Source of the DNA: the human T2T-CHM13v2.0 reference genome, Homo sapiens
Assembly: GCF_009914755.1 (NCBI RefSeq)
Contig: NC_060947.1
DNA: 64,000 nucleotides
Reading direction: 5' to 3' (one strand)
Shown here: in pieces, positions 1 to 13,170 of the stretch
How the letters are laid out: each line of letters opens with the position of its first letter
Position numbering within the stretch: the first letter of the stretch is position 1
Notes under the pieces: generated by a model
Database searches by the model: none
The model's input: the letters and a program-made list of their open reading frames with translations, nothing else
What the model was told of the DNA's origin: nothing
Program-made: the position numbers and the translations under genes

Positions 1-409
1 GAAACTGCTGTATCAGCTGATGGGGGCTGCTCTAAATGTTGGCTGGAGAAATGCACTTTGGGCCCTTTGCACCAAAATTTAGATTTACCTGGTTTCTCTT
101 CTCAATTCTTACAAATCCTTAGCTTATCAAGGAAAATCAATGATCTTAAGATCTTTTAAGACTTTGCCCCACAATATGATGACAGAAAATATATTTTATC
201 TTAAAATTTTATTACACTATATTATATATATAAAATAAATAATAAATATAATGTATAATATATATGTAAGTTGTGAAGACTATTGACATATAAACACACA
301 GAGGCTGGAACATTAATATCTGGGTTGTTCTCCATGATGTCTGCCTCTCCCACCAAAATACCTGCTCTCCTGAATTTTGCATTCCCCTTCTTTAAAAACA
401 AACTACTGA

Positions 410-778
410 GTTTTCTGAGCTTCTTCCTAAGGAGTCAGGAGACTCGTGGTCTGGTTCCTGGATTTTCCTCACAACACAGCTCCCATATGCCTTTCTCCAC
501 TCATGCCTCAAAAGGAGAAACCAAGACCACTTTCTCCTCTGAGACAGGCAGAGACATCAGCCCTTCTGGGCTTGCTGAAGAAGGGAGAAAAAAAACTACA
601 AGAAGCTATTGAACATATTGATGAAGTAAAAAATGAAATAGATTTAATGAACTAGCCAGTGAGAAGATTTTGACAGTAGAACAGAAATATAACAAACTCT
701 GCCAACCATTTTTTCAGAAGAGGTCAGAATTGATCCCCCAAATCCCAAATTTTGGGGTAACAGCATTTGTCAGTCATC
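410..778 (+). pseudogene. SET (TAF-I alpha) processed pseudogene, 5' part
   Basis: Translates to [11 protein letters not shown]...[31 protein letters not shown], then after a frameshift near 642 to [44 protein letters not shown]. This matches the SET alpha N-terminus and NAP domain start, with no introns. The start ATG appears mutated (ACA). The 5' boundary is uncertain. Confidence 0.93.
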
Positions 779-1517
779 TGTAATCACCCAACGGATTCTT
801 CCTGCCTGCTGCACAGATAAAATCAATTCACTGAGACCATGGTATTGTAGTAGAGGAAGAGTTTAATTGACACGAGGCCGGCCACGCAGGAGATGGAGTT
901 ATTACTCAAATCAGTCTCCCTAAAGGCTTGGAGGTTAGGGGTTTTCAAGGATAGTTTGGTGGGCAGGGGACTAGGGAATGGGAAATGTTGATTGGTTGGG
1001 GATGAAATCATAGAGGTGTGGAAAATGGTCTTTGTGCACTGAGTCAGCCTCTAAGTGGGGGCTGTAGGACCAGTTGGGTCATGAGCTGCAGTCACAGTCC
1101 AGGTAGAGTCATCTGAGTAGAGTCATCCCATCATCAGAAATGCAGAAGTCTGAAAAAATATCTCGAAAGGCCAACCTTAGGTTCTACAGTAAGGATGTTA
1201 CCTACAGAAGTAATTAGGGAAGTTACAAATCTTGTGAACCCTGGAACAGTTGTTTATGCTTACAATTTAACAGAATTTTGGCCCCTCTCATAATCCTAAA
1301 CTTGTGGGCTTTGATTCATTTTACAAAGGTGGTGGTGGTTTAGTTTTGGGAAGGGCTATTATCATCCTTGCTTTGGTTAAACTCTAAACTAAATTATTCC
1401 TCAAATTAGCTTAGCCTATACCCAGGAATGACAAAGGACAGCTTGGAGGTTAGAAGCAAGATGGAGTCAACTATGTCAGATTTATCTTACTCTCATAATT
1501 TTGCAAAAGTAATTTCA
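779..1517 (-). mobile_element. Solo ERV1 LTR, LTR8 family
   Basis: TG...CA termini with 4-bp TSD CATC (775-778, 1518-1521). The minus strand begins TGAAATTACTTTTGCAAAATTATGA...GACTCCATCTTGCTTCTAACCTCCAAGCTGTCC, as in LTR8 consensus. Confidence 0.88.
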
Positions 1518-2285
1518 CATCTGTAAGTGTCTGCACTGCTTGGGGAAGAGGAAGAAGAGGCACCTTGAGCAATATACAATGGGAAAAGAGTCTCTACCCC
1601 TTTCTGTTTCAATTCATTTTTATCCCTTTCTGTCTCAACGAAAACTGTATGGAATCAACACCACTGAGCTCTGCGGGAAAAAAGAAAAATCTGCTTCCTT
1701 TGCTCTGCTGGAAGCAGAAGGGTGTTAGGCCCCTGTGTGGTAGAGCATAGAATTCTAGCTTTTTTCCTTCTCAGAAAGAACACTGTGTCTCTTTGTGAAT
1801 AAGGACAATTAGCATTTACCAACATGCATCCGTCTACTTTCTCTTGTTTAAAAACATAAAAAAGAATTTTTTAAAATGGGGTTCTAGGAAGTCAGTAAAG
1901 GTTAGGTTTGAGATGTTTGGATGGGTGAAGTGGGCATTTTGACAACATGGTTTCTCCTTTGGTATGTTTAATTGTGGTTTTTTTTTTTAAGCATCAGTTT
2001 GGTGAAAAATAATTTTGATGTTTACCAGGCATCCTTGCAGTTTAAGATGACACTAAAAATGAATTCTCTCCTACTGATGACTTGAGCCCTGCCACTTGCT
2101 AGAAGAATCAGCAGAACCTGTAGGATCTCATTTGGAATTGGCATGCTCTATTGTAATTTTGTCCGTGTTTATTTTTAAATTTTGATTTACTGGAAAGGAA
2201 AGATGATGCTCAGTTTTAAATGTTAAACGTGTACAAGTTGCTTTTGTTACAAAAGACTAAATGTGTACACAAAAACAAAAAAAAA
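1518..2285 (+). pseudogene. SET processed pseudogene, 3' part (short CDS remnant, 3'UTR, poly-A)
   Basis: VSALLGEEEEEA continues the SET frame after the LTR (preceded by an in-frame TAA). SET 3'UTR-like sequence follows (CAATGGGAAAAGAGTCTCTACCCCTTTCTG...CTAAATGTGTACAC), ending in an A-rich tail at 2271-2285. Confidence 0.88.
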
Positions 2286-2289
2286 TTAC

Positions 2290-2890
<601 letters not shown>

Positions 2891-2909
2891 GAGACATATA
2901 TTAATAAGA

Positions 2910-3082
2910 GAGCTGGTCACGGTGGCACATGCCTGCAGTCTCAGCTACTCAGGAAGCTGAGGCAGGAGGACCATTTGAGACCAGGAGTTCAAGGATGTAG
3001 TGCACTATGATTGTTCCTGTGAATAGCCATTGCACTCCAGCCTGCGCAATATGGCAAGACCCCATCTCTAAAAACAAAAAAG
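2910..3082 (+). mobile_element. FAM (fossil Alu monomer)
   Basis: Single monomer retaining the 7SL-like TGTGAATAGCCATTGCACTCCAGCCTG segment. Confidence 0.75.
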
Positions 3083-3389
3083 AATTATAAGAATTTTTAT
3101 TATTCCTTTGTCGAATTGTCATAAACACTAGGTTAATTTTTCTAGTGTCCCTTTGCTCTTTTTCTCATTTCATCATTGCGATTCATCACCTAAAGAAACT
3201 TAGATGCAGGAAAAAAATAAATGATTTGCCCATGCTCTGTTATCACTGCTGTTATTTTCACTGCTGTCAACTCCAAGAATGAGTTAAGTCCTCTCTTGAT
3301 TCTTCTTGTCCAAACAAAGAAGAGTGCCTTCCATTCTGATACCAGAATTTGAAAGATATTTATTATGATCTCATAAATTTATGACCCAA

Positions 3390-3600
3390 GAGGCAGTGTG
3401 TTATAGAGAAAATAATGTAAGCTCCGGAAGCAGGAAGATTTGGGTTTTAAAATGCTGGCATCAGCACTGGTGCTAGGGGAAGTGTTGTGCAAATTACTTT
3501 ATTCTAAACCTCATTTTCTCATCTGCAAAATGGAGATAGCAATGTCTTCCTCTAAGGATGGCACACTAATTATATCAGGGAAGATGTGTGAAAGGTCCAG
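3390..3600 (+). mobile_element. MIR
   Basis: Core motif CCTCATTTTCTCATCTGCAAAATGGAGATA. Confidence 0.7.
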
Positions 3601-3794
3601 TCATCACATTATAAAATAAGGAACAGAGGGGGCTCACAGCCTGACCAGTGGAACTCATGATCCTACCCTAAAACCGACTCAGGTGGAATAAAAAGAGATC
3701 AGTTCTGGCTTGTTCAATTTCTGACATTTCCATGGATGGGTCTGGCCCAGAACACAGATTAGTGAGGTCTTTTGTTCACTGGATGGTAATATAA

Positions 3795-4151
<357 letters not shown>

Positions 4152-4282
4152 TTTTGTGGGTTTTTTTTTTCTTTTTCTTTCTTTTTTTTTTTTTGCTATG
4201 AGGAGGGGTTTTAATGAAGAGACTCTTTACAAAGAGTCACCCTCATCCCCTCATCTTGTGGGTTGTTTTTAACAGTTCTTTC

Positions 4283-4622
4283 GGCTGGTCGCCGTGGCTC
4301 ATGCCTGTAATCCCAGCACTTTGGGAGGTGGAAGCAGGTGGATTACCAGAGGTCAGGAGTTTCAGACCAGCCTGGCCAACATGGTGAAACCCCATCTCCA
4401 CTAAAAATACAAAAGTTAGCTGGGCGTGGTGGTGGGCGCCTGTAATCCCAGCTACTCTGGAGGCTGACGCAGGAGAATCTCTTGAAGCCGGGAGGTGGAT
4501 GTTGCAGTGAGCCGAGATTGTCTGCACTCCAGCCTGGGCGACAGAGCGAGACTCTGTTTAAAAAAAAAAAAAAACCAACCAACCAAACAAACAACCCCGT
4601 CCCCCCGACCCCCCACCCCCGT
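4283..4622 (+). mobile_element. AluSx-like with composite A/(AACC)/C-rich tail
   Basis: Full Alu; TSD CAGTTCTTTC at 4273-4282 and 4623-4632. Confidence 0.95.
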
Positions 4623-4677
4623 CAGTTCTTTCATGCTGAGATAATAGCATAAAATTTCTTTGTACTTTCTGTTTGGC

Positions 4678-5195
4678 TGTGAAGGAAACCAGAATGTGTC
4701 ACCTCAAAATATGCCTCTTTGACATAAATATTTTTGAGCTAAAGGCAAATAAGAATCAGCAATCAGAGGAAGAGCTCTTTCTATTCCCCACCCCTACACT
4801 TTTTGCCTAAAGAGAGGACATAAATTCTCCTTTACTGGAGACAACTCTTATCAGCTCAGAGATGGCACCAGAGGAATCTACTAACAAAACTTGCTCCATT
4901 AGGTTACTCCCATGTATTGACCTTTCCATGGTTTCCCACCTTTGGAAGCCTAAAACTGCTTTTCTTTGTGTGTTACTTCCCTAAAATTCATGGTTCTTTG
5001 TTAAAGATGCTATATAAACCAGAGTTCTAAGCCACTGCTTTGAGTTACCTGTCACTGAGATTTCTTTTATGTGATGTGCACTGCATGGTTAATAAAATTG
5101 CTTGTTTTTCTGTTGTTAATCTGTCTTTTGTTACAGGGGTCAGTCCTAACTATGAACTTATGAGGGTTGAGGAGAAGTTATACTTCCTCCCTGAC
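4678..5195 (+). mobile_element. ERV1 solo LTR, MER34 family
   Basis: Starts TGTGAAGGAAACCAGAATGTGTCACCTCAAAATATGCCTCTTTGACATA; has a TATA box (TATATAAA ~5011) and AATAAA (~5091); ends CTTCCTCCCTGAC. Confidence 0.75.
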
Positions 5196-5220
5196 CCAGA
5201 ACACAGATTAGTGGAAATCT

Positions 5221-5630
<410 letters not shown>

Positions 5631-5799
5631 CAAATCTGTGTTCTGGAAAGAAAGAAAAATAAATGATCAGTGTATAAAAATTAAGGAGAGCATGCTGGAT
5701 TCTATTGGATAGAAATTTAAGTTAATTAATGCGAATTCATGTTAAGGCTATCACATCACATAAAGCATTTAAACCCAGATATTGAACCAGAGCTCATAA

Positions 5800-5905
5800 G
5801 AATTGTGATCCTGTCTGTCTTGTTTTCTGCTCTAGCCCCAATGCCTAGCCCAGTGTCTGCACATAGTACTTGCTCAATAAATATTTAATAAATGAATGAA
5901 TAAGT
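5800..5905 (+). mobile_element. L2 3' end
   Basis: CACATAGTACTTGCTCAATAAATATTTAATAAATGAATGAA. Confidence 0.7.
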
Positions 5906-6074
5906 AAAAGGGTTACCTCTTTTTATCTTTTCTTATTGTTAAAATCATATTCTTGTTCTGTTCCAAATCTTGAATAACTGAGGCTTGGAATATCATGAGA
6001 GTTTGTTAACAAGTAAGCATTTCCCTTTTGGAGCATTTATTTTTGAAATGCAAATATTCCTAGCAATAACAGTT

Positions 6075-6181
6075 TAAAATTATATATACTTAATGTATAC
6101 AACTTGATAATTTGATATACGTATACATTGTGAAATGATTACCACAATCAAGATAATTAACATACATACTACCTCGCATAG

Positions 6182-6229
<48 letters not shown>

Positions 6230-7640
6230 TGAGAACACTCCGGATCTACCCTGCTAGCAAATTTTAAGTGTACAATACAGTATTGTTACCTATAGTCACC
6301 ATGCTATACATTAGATCTCCAGAACTTATTCATCTTGCACAACTGAAACTTTGTACCCCTCGTCCAACATCTCCACATATCCCTGTCCTCCCAGCTCCTG
6401 GTAATCACCATTCTCTGCTTCTATGAGTTTATGAGTTTGACTACTTTATATTCCACATATAAGTAAGATCATACAGTATTTGTCTTTCTGTGTCTGGCTT
6501 ATTTCACTTAGCATAATACTCTCCAGGTCCATCCATCTTGTGGCAAATGCAGGGTTTTCTTCTTTTTAAAGGCTGAATAATGTTCTATTGAATGTGTATG
6601 CCACATTTTCTTTATCCATTCATCTACTAATGGACAGTTAGGTTAATTCCATATCTTGGCTTTTTATGAATAATGCTGTAAGGAACATAGGAGTACAGGT
6701 ATCTCTTTGAGATCCTGATTTCAATTTTTTTGGATAAATACCCAGAAGTGGGATTGCTAGGTCATACGGCAGTTCTATTTTTAATTTTTTGAGGATTCTG
6801 TCTTCATACTATTTTCCATAATAGGTGTACCAATTTAACTTCCCACCAACAATGTGCCAGCATTTCCTTTTCTCCACATTCTCACCAGCATTTGTTATCC
6901 ATTTTTTTAAAAATAAAAACCATCCTAACAGGTATGGGTGACATCTCATTGTGGTTTTGATATGCATTTTCCTGATTAGTGATGTTGAGCACTTTTTCAT
7001 ATACCTGTTGGCCATTTGCGTGTCTTCTTTGGAAAAATATCTATTTAGATCCTCTACCCATTTTTAAATTGGGTTCTATTTTTTGCTATTGAATTTTAAG
7101 AGTTCCTTATATATTTTAGATATTAACCCCTTATCAAATATGTGGCTTGCTAATATTTTCTCCTATTCCATAGGTTGCCTTTTCATTTTCATGATTATTT
7201 CTTTGCTGTGAAGAACCTTTTTAGTTTGATATAGTCCCAACTTGTTTATTTTTGCTTTTGTTTCCTGTGCTTTTTGTGTCATATCCAAAAAATTGCTGCC
7301 AAGATCAGTGTCAAGGAGCTTTTTATCCATGTTTTCTTCTAGAAGCTTTATGGTTTTAGGTCTTGCATTTAAGTCTTTAATCATTTTGAGTTGATTTTTG
7401 TGTATGGTATAAGATGAGGGTCCAATCTTATTCTTTTGCATGTGGGTATCCAGTTTTCCCAGCACCACTGATTGAAGAGACTATTTTCCCCCATTGTGTA
7501 TTCTCGGCACTTTTGTCCAAGATTAGTTGACCATATATCCGTGAGTTTATTTCTGGGCTTTCTATTCTTTTCCACTGGTCTATGCCCGTACCACACTGGG
7601 CTTTTCTTTGCTTTTGATTACTGATTCAATCTCCTTACTC
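6075..7640 (-). mobile_element. L1MA 3' portion (ORF2 C-terminus + 3'UTR)
   Basis: Minus ORFs give L1 ORF2 peptides ([25 protein letters not shown]; [13 protein letters not shown]); L1MA-type 3'UTR. Confidence 0.92.
6186..6228. repeat. (TG)n microsatellite
   Basis: About 21 uninterrupted GT units. Confidence 0.98.
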
Positions 7641-7644
7641 ACAA

Positions 7645-8843
7645 TCTGTTTTTGACATGATTTACTGAATATTTTAAACCCACTGTTGAGACTTACTGCT
7701 CAGAAAAAAAAAATCCTTTCAAAATATTACTTCCCATTTACAATGTACCTGATCACCCAAAAGTTCTGATAGAGATGCACAGCTCTGATAGAGATGTTGT
7801 TTTCATGCCTGCTAATACAACATCCATTCTGCAGCCCATGGATCAAGGAGTCATTTTGACTTTCAAGCCTTATTATTTAAGAAATACATTTCATAAGGCT
7901 ATAGCTGCCATAGATAGTGAGTCCTCCGATGGATCTGGGCAAAGTCAATTGAAAATCTTCTGGAAAGGATTCATCATTCTAGATGCCATTAAGAACATTT
8001 GTGATTCATGGGAGAAGGTCAAAATATCAACATTAACAGGAATTGGAAGAAGTTGATTCCAATCCTTATAGATGACTTTGAGGGTTCAAGATTTCAGTGG
8101 AAGAAGTATTTGCAGATGTGGTAAAAATATCAAAAAAAACAAAACAACAACAACAAAAAAAAGCTAGAATTAGAAGTGGAGTCTGAAGATATGACTGAAT
8201 TGCTACAATCTCATGACAAAGCTTGAATGAGGAGTTGCTTCTTATGGATTAGCAAAGCAAGTGGTTTCTTGAGATAGAATCTACTCCTGGTGAAGGCACT
8301 GTGTGCATTGTTGAAATGACAATAAAAGATATAGAATATTCCATATTCTTAGATGATAAGGCAGTGGCAGGGTTTGAGAGGATTGACTCCAGTTGTGAAA
8401 GAAGTTCTACTGTGGGTAAAATGCTATCAAACAGCATCACAGGCTACAGAGAAATATTTTGTGAAAGGAAGAGTCAATCAATATGGCAAAGTTCATTGTT
8501 GTCTTATTTTAAGAAATTATCACAGCCATCTCTACCTTCAGCAACCACCATCCTGATCAGTCAGCAGCCATCAATGTGGAGGCAAGACCTTCCACCAGCA
8601 AAAATATTATAACTCGCTGGAGGCTCAGATGATTGCATTTTTAGCAATAAAGTATTTTATATTAAGGTATGTACTTATTTTTAGACATAATGCTATTGTA
8701 CACTTAATAGACTATAGTATAGTATGAATGTAACTTTTATATGCACTGGAAAACCAAAACATTCCTGTGACTTGCTTTATTGTGATATTTGCTTTATTAC
8801 AGTGGTCTGAAATCAAACCCTCAATATCTCTGAGGTATGCTTG
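7645..8843 (+). mobile_element. Tigger1 DNA transposon, 3' half with decayed transposase
   Basis: Peptide [20 protein letters not shown] (pogo/Tigger DDE domain); right TIR GAGGTATGCTTG followed by TA. Confidence 0.93.
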
Positions 8844-8923
8844 TATTTCTTTCCTTCTGCTGACTTTGGGCTTAGTTTGTTCTTTTTTATTTATTTATTT
8901 ATTTTTTAAAAAACATTCCTTGA

Positions 8924-9274
<351 letters not shown>

Positions 9275-9294
9275 GTTTTTTTTGTTTTTTGTTT

Positions 9295-9780
9295 TCTTTT
9301 TTCTTATGTAGATGTTGATCACTATAAACTTAGAACTGTTTTTGCTGCATCCCATAAATTTGTATGTTGTATTTCCATTTTTGTTTGTGTCAAGATATTT
9401 TTTGATTTGCCTTCTGATTTCTTCTCTGACCCATTGGTTGTTCGGGAATGTGTTGTTTAATTTCTCCTTATTTGCAAATTTTTCAGTTTTCTTCCAGCCA
9501 TTGATTTCTAGTTTCATACCATTGTGGTTGAAAAGATATTTGACATGATTTTGACCTTTTTAAACTTATTGAGACTTCTTTTGTGGCCCAATATATAATC
9601 TCTTCTGGAGAATATTCCATGTGTGCTGGAGAAGATTGTGTATTCTGCTGCTGTTGGATAGGATGTTCTGTCTATGTCTGTCAGGTCCATTTGGTCTATA
9701 GTGTTGTTCAAGTCTGCCGTTTCTTTATTGATTTTCTGTCTGGATGATCTATCCAATGCAGAGTGGTGCTGAAGTCACCT
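9295..9780 (-). mobile_element. L1 ORF2 endonuclease-region fragment
   Basis: MDRSSRQKINKETADLNNTIDQMDLTDI...EYTIFSSTHG. Confidence 0.92.
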
Positions 9781-10229
9781 GGGAGTAAAGTTGTGATGCT
9801 AAAGGGCTAATGGATAAGGTGAATGTGGCTAATGCTAAGGCTTGTCTCTCAACCTTGATTCTCATGGAGGGGACATGAAGAAGGGAACAGGACATCACAA
9901 AGACCTTTTAAAAATGGAATTAGGTTAACCTAAAGCTTTTCTGCTGATAGCTTGCTGATATTCATGGGAAGAAGGAAGGAGACTGGCTGAATGGGAGCAG
10001 AAAAGGAGGAAGGCTTAATCTCAAAGCCCAGACCACTGTGAAAGAAGGGAGGTTTGAGTGGAGGGGCCCTGAGCAACCTGAAGGGAAACTACAGGATAGT
10101 ACACCCTACATGAAGAAGGGAAGGCCCGGCAGACAAACCTTGTCTACATGCCCTTTCTGTAGGGGGTATATGAATAGAGTTATGGTATCCTTCCAAAAAG
10201 GTCACAGAGGTTTCAAGGTGAAGAGTAAT

Positions 10230-11510
10230 AGCATTCATTCATTCATTCAGCAAACATACAGTGACTGCCTTTATTATGTCAGGCACTCTTCTAGGTTCTT
10301 GAGATACAGGAGGGAAGAAAGCAGACAGAGATTCCTGCCCACCTGGAGGTTATATTCTGGTGGGGAAAGACAGACAATAAACAGAAGACACAATATAATG
10401 TGTTAAGAAGTGAAACTAGGCTGGGACATGGTAGTGTGCATGTCTGTAGTCCCAGCTATTCAGGAGGCTGAGCTGGGAGGATCGCTTGAACCCAGGAGTT
10501 CAAGGCCAGCAGCCTAGGCAATCTAGCAAAAGCTTGTCTTCTTGTCTCCAAAAAAAAAAAAAAAAAAAAAACAGTGATACTAGCAGTAGAAAAACAAAAC
10601 CAAACAAAACCATGCAACAGGATAAGGGGCACTGGATGTGGGAGGAAAAGGGGAGCCATTGGAGAATTTTGAGCAGAGAAAGCAACATAATCTTAGGTCA
10701 TAGAAGGGTCTATGCCTCTTGCTGCTAGTGTGTATGTGTGGCAGGGACAGGTGTAGGCGGGAAGACATGCTGGGGGGCTATTATAGTTATTCAGGCAGGA
10801 GGTAAGGTGCTTGCACCAGGACGGTACCAGTGAAGTGGTGAAAGTTCAGATTCTGGATATATTTTGAAGATAAAGCTATCAGGGTTTCTTGATGATTGGA
10901 TATGGGGTGACAGAAGACGAGAGGACTTGAGAAAGTGTCAAGATTTTTTGCCTGAGCAATTGGAAGCCAGGTGTTATCATTCCCTGAGATAGGGTAGACT
11001 GCTGATAGAGAAGGTTAGGGGGAAAAAGATTTGGGAATGTTAATTTGAGATGTCTGTTGCATGGAATTGTTGAAAGTAAGAGCCTGGAGTCTGGAGAGAA
11101 GTCTGAGCTGGATATATAATTGGGAGGGAGTTAAGAGCATGTAGGTAGAATTTAAAGCTTTGAGACAGAATGAGATCATTCAGGGTGTGACAGAGAAGAA
11201 GAGACAGCCAGCATTGATTCCAGGGAACGAAGAGGAACCATCCAAAGAGCACTGAGAAGATCCAACCAGTGAGATGGGAAAACCAATAGAGGGTAGGGTT
11301 CTGGAAACCGAGTGAAGACCATGTAGCAGGGAGAAGAGTTTATGGGTTGTGCCAAATGCTGCTGTTTGCTCACGGGAAGAGGAGATTTGGCCATAGATTC
11401 AGCAATGTAAAGATCACTAGTGCACTGTAGAGAGTGGGGTCAGTGGAATGAGGGGGTCAAGGGCATAAGTGAAGTGGATGTAAGGGAGAATGAGAGGAGA
11501 GGAATTGAAA
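10230..11510 (-). mobile_element. L2 fragment
   Basis: CATTCATTCATTCAGCAAACATA terminus and typical L2 body (TTCTGGATATATTTTGAAG, TGCCTGAGCAA). Confidence 0.8.
10419..10571 (+). mobile_element. FLAM Alu monomer inside L2
   Basis: Monomer with poly-A; TSD AGTGAWACTAG. Confidence 0.8.
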
Positions 11511-11702
11511 ATGGCAAGAATAGAGAACTATTTTGAGGAAAGACTTACCTTCCTAGAAAGCTATTTGGCAATACATTTAGAATAAATAAAGAAATAATTT
11601 TTATTTATTAAATGCAAATTATTAACATGGGAAAATTAAATACTATAATTTTTAATCAATATTCTTTAAACAGGATTTTCCCTGACACAGTAGTTCTAAG
11701 AA

Positions 11703-11869
11703 GTTGTTGTTGTTGTTGTTTTGAGACAGGGTCTCACTTTCTCGTCCAGGCTGGGGTGCAGTGGTGCCATCATGGCTCACTGCAGCCTTGACCTCCTGGG
11801 CTCAAACGATCCTCCCACCTTGGCCTCCCAAAGTGTTGGGATTACAGGTGTGAGACCCCACATCCAGCC
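11703..11869 (-). mobile_element. FRAM / monomeric AluJ
   Basis: Monomer with (GTT)n tail. Confidence 0.8.
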
Positions 11870-11879
11870 TGTTGTTGTT

Positions 11880-12170
11880 TTTAAGAAAAAAATCAGAGAT
11901 TTGCATCAAAGTCTATATCTTTTGACACAAGGATGCACATCATGGCATCATTTATGATATGAAAAAAAATGGAGACAACCTGAATGTCCAATAGGAGTGA
12001 GGTTAAAATTAATCATGGTACTTCCAGTTTATAAAATAAGCCATTAAAATATTTTTTTTCAAAAACTATTGGTGAAATAGGTTAATGGTTACTAGGGATT
12101 TTAAGTGAAAAATAAAACAGGCTATAAAACTAAGTAACAAGGTTATCTTAATTACATGGACAATGTTGAC
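11880..12170 (+). mobile_element. Old L1ME fragment
   Basis: GAGACAACCTGAATGTCCAATAGGA...ATCATGGTAC. Confidence 0.55.
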
Positions 12171-12589
12171 AAAGAAATAATGTATGTGCCAGCTGTGTTT
12201 CTCCAGGCTTTTCCATTCTGCTTATACAAATAGAGTTAGAAGAACAAAACCAATGCACATACCATTGGCTATTCTTCCCACCCATGTCTGGGACGTCAGG
12301 TCACTGTAAAGGGCCTCTTGAGAGATTCCAGGAGTTCCTCAGGAACTGTCATTCCTGCTGGGTGCTGTCATATTCACTGTGCATTTTAAACAACTGGACC
12401 TGTAAGGTCCTGGAGCAGCAGGGTGGTCTGTGGTAGAGGGAGGTCTTTGGTCTCCTCTTGCTCTTGCGTTGCTCTGAGTTTGAGGGTGCTGAGCAGAGCT
12501 CTTTATTTGCAGAGTCCTACACAGTTTCAGGTTTTACAGTCCCCTGCTCTCAGTTGGGGGCTGAGCCAGGGGAAGAATCTGAGTGGTGG

Positions 12590-13170
12590 AGCCTGGGCCC
12601 TGGAACAAGACTATTCTGACCCTGCCAGTTACCGTCTGCCTGGACTTGGGCAAGTTATTTCCCCCACCCTTGCTGCCTTCATTTCCTCATCTAAAAATGG
12701 GAATAAATTGTTCCAGTTATCTGTTGCTGTGTAACAGACCACCACCTCGTGGCTTAAAACATTAATTTTGCTCATAAATCTGCCATTTGGGCCAGGGTCA
12801 GTGGGGACAGTTTGTCTTTGCTCTGCTTCACGTCAGCTGGGGTGGCTGGAAGGCTGGGGCTTGAATCATTCAAAGGCCCACTCACTCAGTTAACTGGCGG
12901 TTGATTCTGGGTGTCGGCTGGGATCTGAGCTGGGACAGTGACTGGATCTCCCACTCATGCCTTTCCATGTGGCTTGAGCTTCCTCAGAGCACGGTGGCTG
13001 GGTTTCCAAGGCAAGAGAGCTGGGTGAAAGCTGCATGCCAGGACCACCTGGGGGCTTTTAAAAAATGTCTGGCTTCCAACCCCAGAAATTCTGACTTCAT
13101 TGGTCTGGGATGGATGCAGATATTGCTCCCCAGGTGGTTTTGTGTGGCCAACATTAAGAACCACTGCTCT
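12590..13170. mobile_element. Cluster: MIR (~12590-12705), MLT1 MaLR LTR (~12710-13030), MER5A-like (~13035-13168)
   Basis: MIR core CCTCATCTAAAAATGGG; MLT1 CAGTTATCTGTTGCTGTGTAACAGACCAC; MER5 end TTAAGAACCACTG. Confidence 0.65.

Noticed and set aside
283-612. 109-aa ORF overlapping the SET copy
   Set aside because: Off-frame reading of the pseudogene and flank with a TTG start; no recognisable protein.
446-655. SET-like ORF as a functional gene
   Set aside because: GTG start, lost ATG, frameshift with early stop, LTR insertion and missing CDS.
7775-8612. Tigger transposase ORFs as a domesticated TIGD-like gene
   Set aside because: Fragmented by frameshifts and stops, and the N-terminal DNA-binding region is absent.
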